Assembly (NCBI GenBank): GCA_002269645.1
Contig: NIVC01003288.1
Location: 42,325-106,324, forward strand
Direction: 5' to 3'
Length of the DNA: 64,000 nt
Source of the DNA: Macrostomum lignano
Taxonomy: Eukaryota
Below are positions 47,901 to 59,900 of this stretch, in pieces (position 1 is the stretch's first letter; each line of letters opens with the position of its first letter). Both the position numbers and the translations under genes were made by a program. The notes beneath the pieces were generated by a model. That model saw nothing but the letters and a program-made list of their open reading frames with translations, did not search any database and was not told the origin of the DNA.

Positions 47901-50900
47901 AACGCTAAGTCGCGCATCGTAAGTGGTTTTCAATCTAAATTTCAGAGCCCTAAATAAAGAAGACCAATTTTCTAACATGACAAACGAAACGCTACCTGGC
48001 CATTTCAGGTAAACAAATTCGTGCTTGTGCCGTACGGCGATCCGAAAGTTGGTCCAGTGACGGCGACTCGTGCGAGATCTCGCAGCTCCGTGAACTCCCT
48101 CATCAGAGCAGTGAACGCAATGCGCGCATCTGGCGGAGGCGACTGCGCCGAGTTCGGCTTCTCGGGAATATACGAAGCGCTGACCAGAGTAAAGAAGAAC
48201 TCAATTGTGTACGTGTTCACCGATGCGAGTCCGTCAGCTCGAGACAGACGGTGAGCAGACATGGCATGTGTAGCATGCAGTCTTTTGCTGCAATACCAAG
48301 ATATCAGCGGAGAAATATTACGAATCTATGATATGGTCCTTATTAATTTTCAATCAGTACCTAAAGAATAGTCACTTCCGAATATAGTTGAGCACGAAAA
48401 AGCAATTAATAATCAGTTCATGAGTGGAAATACCTCAGATTTCATCTGACGGGGCCCATAGATTCCCACGCAGTAGAAATTAGCCAAGAGTGCGGCAATT
48501 CTTTAATGCTTCTAAGCAATTTAGTTGGCCTTTGAACAGTAAGGAACCGGCAACTCCTTCTCTTTTGTACTGCCGTGGTTGAAAGCATGTTCTTTAATTG
48601 ACGCCTCTGATGTCTGAGGGGCTTTCGTTTCCTGGAACCGGGGACCCTGAAGACCCTGAAGCCCAATCGAGAGGATCAACTGCAGATCAAGGACTAGGAG
48701 AAGGCAACACTTGCAAATCGAGGAAAAATAGTTGAAGGCCGAACATTAAAACTGTCTGTATCTCTGAATCGGTTGCATGTAGTAGTTACTTTTTTAGCCA
48801 GATTGTTCAGATTTTTGTCGCTTACCCAGTAAGACATTAACTTTAGTTTCCAATTAGATGTAGGTGCAAGAAACATCCTGTACAACGGAGACATCCTATA
48901 TTTTGGTGCGATTGGTATTTAAGTATAAGTTTAGGAAGCAAAATAAAGTAGCCAAAAATCTTAGGCGCAACATTGGTTAGTTCACTACTGGACATTACAG
49001 AATATACTTAGCCTTGGCATATACCCAATATGACAAAGCAATGTTGGGTTTCTCTCCTATAGTTCAAGAGTAGGCCTGGTTATAAAAATACTTATACTTT
49101 GCAGACGCAAATCGCAATCAGTAAAAAATCTACGAGTAAGTTGAGCAATAAAATAGGCCTAGGCCCATTACAATAATCTCCTATAGTCGATAAAAATAAT
49201 TACAAGTAATTTAAAAATTGTAAAGGTGTATTACGCTCGTAATGTATCTGCTGATAACGAGGGAGTGTCGCAATAAAAACTGAGCCGCGAGGGCGAGGAA
49301 CACAAAAACGCGTAAAAAAATTAATTTGCGGTAAAACCATCTTAATTAAACCTAAGATGCCTATCAGAAATTATATTTTATATGAGAATTCTTCTAGCTT
49401 AAAGCCCAACTCTCGCTTCTAAAAACAGTCCATTTATCTAGTTCGTATCTTGTGAAAGTGAGATCCAGTGAGCTCCAAGCACTGCAAGTTGCATCAACCT
49501 TTTTTAGCAACTTGAGCCAAAAAGTCGTTTCTAACCCACAGTCCGTCCCATTCGCTGAATGTAGAGATGTTCTTAATTTTGAAGCTCTTCATGGACAGCA
49601 GGGAGAAGTTTCTCGAGGTCATGAAGCGCGTCACAAACTCGTAATTTTTGGACAATTGCGGTCTGTTACTGAGTTTTTTCCGCCAGAACTCCATCTGCAG
49701 CGCCATGATGTTGAGCTCTCTAAACAGCTTCTCGCCATTCTTCATGAACAGGTGCTCGCCGGACTCGATGTCCATCTTGATGACCACATTCTTGGTGCCG
49801 ATGTGCGCTCGAAGCTCGTCCGCTTTGACAGTGGTCACAGGAACCGTGTCCTCGATTAACTTCGTGACCTGCCGTTTCCAGTCAGCCAATCCGCCTGAGC
49901 CGCTTCCAGCGTTGCAATCCATGCCGTCAGCGTCCCAACTGATCCGCTTGAGCGCCACATCGTCACTGATGAAGCCCCAGAAAAGCTTCAGCTTGTCGTC
50001 AAGCAAGTTCAGCCGCTTCGCTGACATTTGCAGCCTGACCAGTACGCGAATGTTAGCATCGATGGCCACCACGGGATACCCGAGCTCTCTGGCTTGCAGG
50101 CTGTAGATGCTAAGGTTGCTGCCGATATCGAGGAACGTCGCAGAGTTTGTCGGAAACTTCTTTAACAGGTCGAGCATCGTATGAATTGCGCTACTTTCCC
50201 ATTTATTGTATCTTAGAATTAGTCCGGAAATCATGTCCTCCTTGCCGAAGGTGACTATCGGCATTAAAGGGCCGCCCATCGCTCGGGTCACATTGGCCAG
50301 AGGAGACCCTTGTCTGACAATGGTGTACAACTGCTGCGGTAAGTTCCTGTTCAGCTCGCACAGGGGAAACTTGCCCCTGACTAACTGGTAGGCCGGCGTC
50401 TCCTGACATAGTCGGTGCTTCAGGCTGGGGTTCGTGAAGTCGACATTGCGGAGCTCGTTGAATGGAGGACAGTTCTTTTATCATTTTGACATCGCTCAGC
50501 GTTGGCAGCGACTCTTCGGCGGTCAGGCTTTTGCTTCCAATGAGATTTAGTTTTGAAGCGGTCAATATTTTGGACCGATAGGTATAGGACTCCGAAGCGG
50601 TGCATTTTTGTTTCCGGGAGACGAAATACGTGACAGTGATTAGCGTAATCGATGGGCATGCCACAAGAAATAAGTGTATATTTTTTGCATTCTGTCACTT
50701 CAACATTTTTTGCTTTAAATTTGTTTCAAATTTCTCTATCTGCTTACGGTGATGTAGAATTTTATACAGAATTGTATTATTCATTGTATACAATAGTGTT
50801 GTCTGTCTATCCGAATGTAAAAGCTTTGCTCCGTGCAGATTCTTTGAGCTACTGCGGAACAATGCAGCGCATAACTTACCAAAGTTGTTTCGAAGGTAGA

Positions 50901-53900
50901 AAATTGGTAGCGCTGGAAATGTGCACTGTGAAGAGGGACAGACCGATGGAGCCTCTGCTGTAAACGCGTCTGACTGTCCCACCCCACCCCCCTTTCGGTT
51001 CGATTTTGTGCGCCGCGGCATTATTAATTTGGGGTATGTGCTCAAAAATTTGGCAGGGGGGGGGGGGTTGTCGTGCCACTCACACCTACTGGGGGCCAAC
51101 CCTAAGGCACAGAGCTCGTCTGGGCTACTAGAAAGTTAGGGCACTTTGTGAGAGCGTGCCTGCATACAATAACCGCGCGCTTGAATCAGACTCAGCGCTA
51201 GGTTGCCCGAAACTCTCCTGCAACTATTACTTATTGTCATAGGAATAGGCCGGGTCCAAGCGCAGGGAAGCTCGCGCGTGACAGTGGGTAGATCATTCAG
51301 TATCGGGATAATTTAGAAAAAATCAGAAATGCATAGTTCGAACTTTGGCAGCTTCGAGAAAAGAACAAACATTTTCTGTTTCGCGAAACTAAACAGGTAT
51401 ACATTTAGATGTATTTAGACAAGGACTACAAGAACAGCGACAGAAAATTAAACAAAAAATTAAACGTGAAAACATACTCTCGACAACATGTTAAAATTTC
51501 CACCCCAAAACCAGTAATTAACAAGTGGCAGGTTTAATCCAACTCTAGCCGTAACTCTCTACTCTCTCATCACCAGCCTAAGCTAGGGCCTTATGACGCA
51601 GGCTGCCTTTTTACTCCCGAACAGAGATTAGTTACACAGAACATAGTAGCATACTGTGATAGAGGGCACATTTACAGTCTAAAAGAAGTTCGCATGTCTT
51701 TACGATGCTACACTTATCGCATTGAATAAGTAGTATGCACTGTATGTGCGACTGCGCGTGTATGATTCGATTAAATTTATAGTACTACTAGCCTCACAAT
51801 CAAATCTGGATAAGGCAAACTGGCCTCCAAATCAGGCGTTGAGCAAAAATAACGACTCCCGAACACAGGCGAAGGGGTTGGGGTAGCCAAAAGAGGGCGG
51901 AAGTGTGCGCAAACGCCGGATACGCAAACCACCCAGTAAAATTTCTTGTCTGCAGAAAGGAGAGCAATGTCCGATCGCTGGCTCGACGCAAGAACGCTCA
52001 GCTGAACTTCCTCATAACCGGAAATCTGTGCGGAAGACGCAACTCGTACCGCAGTTTGTCTCGATCGACTCGAGGCGCTTGGATCAAGATGAGCAGAACT
52101 CGGGCTAGCCGAGTGATGAGCTTCGTGAGTCGCGCTCTGAAACACGGCGCCACTGCGTTGAGAGGCTTGAACCGCGATGGTCTGTCGACGTTCGTATCGA
52201 GGCGCGAGAAGTGCAGGTGTCGTAGAGTTCCTCGAATCACGCCCAAGTACGCATATGTGAACGCGGTGAGATGCATCAGAAAATCGTCAAAGAAATGCCG
52301 CCGAGGCTATCGACTGCTGAAAGGACGGTGTGTTCGTCGTGCAGTGTCTCGAAGGTGTCCTAAAGGCTATCGTATGCAGACAACTCGACAGAAGAAGCGC
52401 GCTGGTAAGAGAGCAGTCGGCGGCTTCGTGAAGAAGTGCCGCTGTCTCCACGGCAAGCCGCCAGCCAAGGTCACGAAGCGAGCTCTTGACATGGCGTTTG
52501 TTGTCGACGTGACTGGCAGCATGAGCCGCGTCATCAGCGGAATCAAGGCCAAGATCAGAGAGGTTATCGATGCGAACTCACGCTTCGGAGTGGTAAGCAT
52601 GCAGCTTCGATTGCATTTCTTATTTTTATCGATAGTAAAGACAATTACTGATATTTGTGTCCATTGATATTTTAGGTGGACAAATTTGTGTTGGTCCCAT
52701 TCGCTGATCCAGTGGTCGGTCCTCGAGTCGTGAGTCGAGCAAACAATGCGAGATCGAGACGGCGACTACTGAGTGCAGTGAACCGATTGAGAGCATCTGG
52801 CGGTGGCGACTGTCCCGAGCTGAGTCGCTCAGGCATGTACCAGGCAGCGTCGGTGCTGAAGCCGGGCTCTATCATGTACGTGTTCACCGACGCCAGCTCA
52901 TCGAGAAAGGACAAGGTGTAAGTATTTCGCTAGAGTAGTAAGATGTAGTAAGATGTGCAGCTTGTTAGCTTGCTGTACAAAAAGACACCGAGGCATTGGG
53001 GCGTCAGTGGAATTGCAGCTATGGAGGGGAAAATTAGTTACATACATTCTGCTGACCCGTGGGCACTGACCCGTACACAAATACGTACACGGGCACGAAC
53101 TCACGTGATGTGTCCAGCGTTACTCGTCTACTTACTCGTTAGGAATGTACACGTTCGGTTGGTTGTGGATCGGCCCTCTTGAAAACCAGCTAAAACAAGC
53201 ATGTGTACTAATTTTGTAAAGGAGTTTTGAATTAATGTGAAATCACACTGAACTACAGTCGCGTTTACCACTGAACTACTCTGACCCCGCTTAGCTATTG
53301 CATGTAGGAGCGTAGTAATGTTAATTATCGTTTTAAATTCATTGTTTCTCCGTAAATTCATATTAAATGTAAGTTTTTCCTTTGGTTTGTTACTCAGGAG
53401 CCAAGCAGCTTTGCAGAAACTGATCAGCAGCAGAAAAATCCAGGTGAACTTCCTCATCTCTGGAAACCTCTGCGGACGTCGCAGTTCGTACAAAAACCTC
53501 GCAAAGAAAAGCAGCGGCTCGTGGACCGCAATGAACAAACGAATGTCCAACCGAGTTCTGTCGTTCATCAGCAGCGCTTTGGCTTTCGGAGCCAGACGCA
53601 TGCGACAGCTGAACCGCAGCGGTCTGGCCAGATTCGTGAGACACCGCAAACGCTGCCGCTGTACCCGAACTCGGCGCACGGTGAACACCTACAAGTACGT
53701 GACGGTGCGCAGGTGCGTGAGGCGCAGTGCTGCCCGGACTGGCGGCAGCAGTTCGAGCGGCAGTCGAGGACGTCGAAGGTGCCCGCCAGGATTCCGGACA
53801 GTTCGGTCTGGTCGGCGCCGTCGTGTCAGATGCGTGCGCAGGAGCTCCAGTGAGTATCTATAGACGATTGTACTGAGTTTACATGTACATGGTTTTGTAA

Positions 53901-56900
53901 ATTCTTGAGTTTAGAACCCAGACAAATTATCTGCGAAATCCTTTCTCAAGTAAGGCTCAAGCTTTTCTGTCTATGACTCCTATTAATCGAAACGCTGTAT
54001 AAATGCAGGCACCAAGTTTATTTTGTTGCAAAATTGTGGTAGTAAACTGATAAAAATTAATATTGATTTCGTTGAAATTTGGACTTAATTTTTAATAATT
54101 TTTATGATATTGAAAAGTTTTTCTGCTTCAAATACAGTATACGAAATTCAGAATTTATCCATGCACTGCCGGCACAAGACGTCTCATAGCCATCAAGGGC
54201 ACGTGGTAGCGTCTCAGGATGCCTCACAATGTACAAAACTTAAAATTTAAACCTATGTATTTTGTGAAACTTTTTAACATTGTCCTACTATATAGTAACA
54301 CATCTTAGTAACACATTCAACTAAGATTCCATTGCTTAAAACAAGAGAGAAATTCTATTGCATAAACAAGCCGCGCAGAAACCCACCCCAACGCGCAACA
54401 ACCACAACACGTTTCACCACCCCTAACGCCTAACCCTCACTAACCCCGGTTACAACTAGCGATGTTTGTTTTGATGTGCAAATGCCTAAAACCATAGACA
54501 TCTCGTCTCATTATCTACTCCTTTTGTTTTGTTAAGGACGCTCTATCCACTGACGTATTTTGTTGTTGTTGCTATCTGAGGAAGAGTGAATGAGTTACAG
54601 TTGGTAAAACCATCTGAAAAATCTAGTTCGAGCAATCCTCACAGGTGCAGCAAATAGTTGCACCCAATTTTCTACTTCAACTTATATTCTTTTTATAAAT
54701 TAACTTCAGGCTCAATCATTCCTTACTTGGCTACATTTGTCTTTAAATTGGATTGTAATTGAAACTGCTGGATTATAAAAACTGATTCATGAATCATGTA
54801 GCATAATTTTGTAACTATTGGAACTTTTACTATTTCAGAACGTTGTGGAAAATACTTCCGACGATACGGCAGAAAGTGCATCAGAGGTGAGAAATGATTG
54901 ACTGCTAGATGGCTCGAATTAAATTTATTTAAATATGTGCGTATGCACCGAGTAAAATTGAAACTGCTTACTGCAATCGGTTGCAGTTCGCTGCCCGCGC
55001 AGCATGAAGTCAAGGCGCATTCGCTCGAGAGTCCGAGTCGGCAAGCGTGTGGCTGGCTACACTAAGAAGTGCAGCTGCATCGGAGCCAAGACTGGCAAGA
55101 AACCGTCCAAAAAGAACGCCATCGACATGGCATTCGTGGTCGACGTGACCGGCAGCATGGGATCGGTGATCCGCGCGATCAAGGCCAAGATCCGCGAGGT
55201 CATCAATGCGAACGCTAAGTCGCGCATCGTAAGTGGTTTTCAATCTAAATTTCAGAGCCCTAAATAAAGAAGACCAATTTTCTAACGTGGCAAACGAAAC
55301 GCTACCTGGCCATTTCAGGTAAACAAATTCGTGCTTGTGCCGTACGGCGATCCGAAAGTTGGTCCAGTGACGGCGACTCGTGCGAGATCTCGCAGCTCCG
55401 TGAACTCCCTCATCAGAGCAGTGAACGCAATGCGCGCATCTGGCGGAGGTGACTGCGCCGAGTTCGGCTTCTCAGGAATATACGAAGCGCTGACCAGAGT
55501 AAAGAAGAACTCAATTGTGTACGTGTTCACCGATGCGAGTCCGTCAGCTCGAGACAGACGGTGAGCAGACATGGCATGTGTTGATTAAGTTAATTTTGCT
55601 TTTTTGCTACCAATACCAAGATATCAGCTGAAAAAATATTATAACTCAATTTTCATGACTGCAGAAAGGAGAGCAACGTCCGATCGCTGGCTCGAAGAAA
55701 GAACGCTCAGCTGAACTTCCTCATAACCGGAAATCTGTGCGGAAGACGCAACTCGTACCGCAGTTTGTCTCGATCGACTCGAGGCGCTTGGATCAAGATG
55801 AGCAGAACTCGGCTAGCCGAGTGATGAGCTTCGTGAGTCGCGCTCTGAAACACGGCGCCAGTACGCTGAGAGGCTTGAACCGTGACGGTCTGTCGACGTT
55901 CGTATCGAGACGCGAGAAGTGCAGGTGTCGCAGAGTTCCTCGATTTACAGCAAAGTACTCGTATGTAAATTCCGTAAAGTGCGTTAAGCGTTCTACATCC
56001 AAATGTCGTCGAGGATACAGACGCGTGAAGGGCAGGTGCGTGAGATACTCGAGAAGGTGCCGTCGAGGATACAGACGCGTGAAGGGCAAGTGCGTGAGGT
56101 ACTCGAGAAGGTGCCGTCGAGGATACAGACGCGTGAAGGGCAAGTGCGTGAGGTACTCGAGAAGGTGCCGTCGAGGATACAGACGCGTGAAGGGCAAGTG
56201 TGTGAGGTACTCGAGAAGTTGCCGTCGAGGATACAGACGCGTGAAGGGCAGGTGTGTGAGGTACTCGAGAAGTTGCCGTCGAGGATACAGACGCGTGAAG
56301 GGCAGGTGTGTAAGGTACTCGAGAAGATGCCGTCGAGGATACAGACGCGTGAAGGGCAGGTGTGTGAGGTACTCGAGAAGGTGCCGTCGAGGATACAGAC
56401 GCGTGAAGGGCAAGTGCGTGAGGTACTCGAGAAGGTGCCGTCGAGGATACAGACGCGTGAAGGGCAAGTGTGTGAGGTACTCGAGAAGGTGCCGTCGAGG
56501 ATATAGACGCGTGAAGGGCAGGTGCGTGAGGTACTCGAGAAGGTGCCGTCGAGGATACAGACGCGTGAAGGGCAAGTGCGTGAGGTACTCGAGAAGTTGC
56601 CGTCGAGGATACAGACGCGTGAAGGGCAAGTGTGTGAGGTACTCGAGAAGGTGCCGTCGAGGATATAGACGCGTGAAGGGCAGGTGCGTGAGGCGCGGGG
56701 CTGCCCGGACTGGCGGCAGCAGTTCGAGCGGCAGTCGAGGACGTCGAAGGTGCCCGCCAGGATTCCAGACAGTTCGGTCTGGTCGGCGCCGTCGTGTCAG
56801 ATGCGTGCGCAGGAGCTCCAGTGAGTATCTTTAGACATTTGTACCGTGTTTACATGTTCATCGTTTTGTATAGTATTGAGTTTTTAATGGAATCAAATAA

Positions 56901-59900
56901 TCTGCAAAAAGTGTTTCCTAGTAAGACTTCAACCTTTCCTGTGACTCTCATAAATAGAAACTCCGTATCAATGTGGACCTCACTTAATGCTCCGTAAAAT
57001 TGGATTCTATAGAAAGTACGATTGATTAATTCCGTGAAAAGTTCGACTACTTCGTGTACACAGATTTTTTGTAATTTCAATGACAGACAATTTTTTCTAG
57101 CTGGTAGTTTAGAAACAGTAAACGAAACTCATAATTTACTAATCTACGAGCGTACTGACGGCAACTTTATTAGTTACTTTATGGTTCGTTTGGTCGAACC
57201 ATAGGGTCTCTGAAAAACTCCGCCAATCAAAGCGACAGTCATCTCACAACAATTGAAGGCAGATGGTAGGGCTTCAGTATGCCTCACAATACACAAAACT
57301 TAAACTGTAAACTTTTGTACGCTCGTATTTCGTGAGAGTTGTTGAAATTGTCCTGCATTTTTGGTAAACGATGTCTCAAGGTGTAAAAATTTGGGTTGGG
57401 ACTTTCCTTGGCTCCACTACTCGAAAGTCGGCTTTGGGACTCTCTGTTGTGCGCTCGCAGTTGCTGATTTTTGTAAAGCCAGCTGTTTTGACTAGTGAAA
57501 TACTTAGTGAGCCTAAAATCAGTTCTCAATCTTGCAATGAATGATCTGCAAGTCTGTAATAGTGATTAACATAAATAGCTGATACAATTTATTGCCAAAC
57601 ATCTGAAAATGAGACGCAAGCCAGCACGAAGCCCATCGAAATATAATTTGTAAAGTTAATACGCTCGAAAGATGTGGCATAAAATAACACATTTAAATAA
57701 GATTCGCAAGCAAGTTGACACAGCTGAGAGGAAGAAAAAATCTATTGCGCCAACCACTCGCACAGGGCCAGGCCCGTACCTACACACAACCACACATGCA
57801 ACAAGTACCATAGCGCGCAACACCACCCCAAATATCTACTCATACAAACTCCGGTTAGCCACTAGCGATGCTCGTCAAGCCGGTAGATTACTGCGCCAAC
57901 GCCTAAAACCAGAGGCATCCCTGAGCATTATCTTCTTTTCCTTTGAGAAGGGGAAGAATAAAGGTGTTTGCTCGTAAGTCTGGATAACAGCCAATTTTTT
58001 ACTTCAAATTAAATTCTTTCAAGACATCAACTTCAGGGTCAATAATTAATTATTATGGCCATATTTGCCGTTTCATTGGATTGTAATCGTTGCTTTACGA
58101 GTGTATAACCACTGAATTATGGAGCACGTTTTTTAAAACTAGATTGTATTACAACTTTTACTATTTCAGAACGTTGTGGAAAATACTTCCGACGATATGG
58201 CAGAAAGTGCATCAGAGGTGAGAAATGATTGACTGCTAAATGGCTCGAATTAAATTTATTTAAATATGTGCGTACGCAACCGAGTAAAATTGAAACTGCT
58301 TCGTGCAATCGGTTGCAGTTCGCTGCCCGCGCAGCATGAAGTCAAGGCGCATTCGTTCGAGAGTCCGAGTCGGCAAGCGTGTGGCTGGCTACACTAAGAA
58401 GTGCAGCTGCATCGGAGCCAAGACCGGCAAGAAACCGTCCAAAAAGAACGCCATCGACATGGCATTCGTGGTCGACGTGACCGGCAGCATGGGATCGGTG
58501 ATCCGCGCGATCAAGGCCAAGATCCGCGAGGTTATCAATGCGAACGCTAAGTCGCGCATCGTAAGTGGTTTTCAATCTAAATTTCAGAGCCCTAAATAAA
58601 GAAGACCAATTTTCTAACATGGCAAACGAAACGCTACCTGGCCATTTCAGGTAAACAAATTCGTGCTTGTACCGTACGGCGATCCGAAAGTTGGTCCAGT
58701 GACGGCGACTCGTGCGCGATCTCGCAGCTCCGTGAACTCTCTCATCAGAGCAGTGAACGCAATGCGCGCATCTGGCGGAGGCGACTGTGCGGAGTTCGGC
58801 TTCTCAGGAATATACGAAGCGCTGACCAGAGTAAAGAAGAACTCAATTGTGTACGTGTTCACCGATGCGAGTCCGTCAGCTCGAGACAGACGGTGAGCAG
58901 ACATGGCATGTGTTGATTAAGTTAATTTTGCTTTTTTGCTACCAATACCAAGATATCAGCTGAAAAAATATTATAACTCAATTTTCATGACTGCAGAAAG
59001 GAGAGCAACGTCCGATCGCTGGCTCGAAGAAAGAACGCTCAGCTGAACTTCCTCATAACCGGAAATCTGTGCGGAAGACGCAAGTCGTACCGCAGTTTGT
59101 CTCGATCGACTCGAGGCGCTTGGATCAAGATGAGCAGAACTCGGGCTAGCCGAGTAATGAGCTTCGTGAGTCGCGCTCTGAAACACGGCGCCAGTACGCT
59201 GAGAGGCTTGAACCGTGACGGTCTGTCGACGTTCGTATCCAGACGCGAGAAGTGCAGATGTCGCAGAGTTCCTCGATTTACAGCAAAGTACTCGTATGTA
59301 AATTCCGTAAAGTGCGTTAAGCGTTCTACATCCAAATGTCGTCGAGGATACAGACGTGTGAAGGGCAGGTGTGTGAAGTACTCGAAAAGGTGCCGTCGAG
59401 GATATAAACGTATAGGCGGCAAATGCAAGAAAGCAGTTAGCGTTGGAGGTGGGTTTAATGGATGCTGTTTTGAGTCACTTGAGTCCCTTTTATAGCGCAA
59501 AGCAAGGTTTAAAAGCTACACCACCTTGATTATAGTATCCTGTGGAACTTTCCGGTGCACTCGAGGCATGAGTTGTCTGAAGAAATACCGATACGATGCC
59601 CGCGTTAGATCATCCGCACGAGCAGCTTACAGCGCTCGATTGGTTCGCGCCACCCGCTGGTTCAACGCTAGACGAGCAGCCGAAGCTCGACGTCACAAAC
59701 TATTTTTAAGAAACATGAAACCTCGCCTATCAGGTGAGCTAAACAGGATTTATGATTTTTGTAAAAATGCGATAAAAAGTCATCAGAAAAATTGCTTTCA
59801 GCCAAACGAGTGAGCCGCTTCTGCGAGCATAAAACTGGCACCGTCAGCTGCCCGCGAGGTACCACGATCGACATTGTTTCCGGATTCTACGGCCGCGTAT

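Noticed and set aside
49494-50330. Bacterial contamination or recent HGT origin of the FkbM methyltransferase
   Set aside because: Embedded in an intron of a spliced animal gene and has a type II membrane anchor like invertebrate family members; HGT cannot be claimed without a phylogeny
55793-56629. Minus-strand LPFTRLYPRRHLLEYLTH repeat ORF
   Set aside because: Antisense reading of the 54-bp coding repeat; the + strand frame has splice sites and domain continuity
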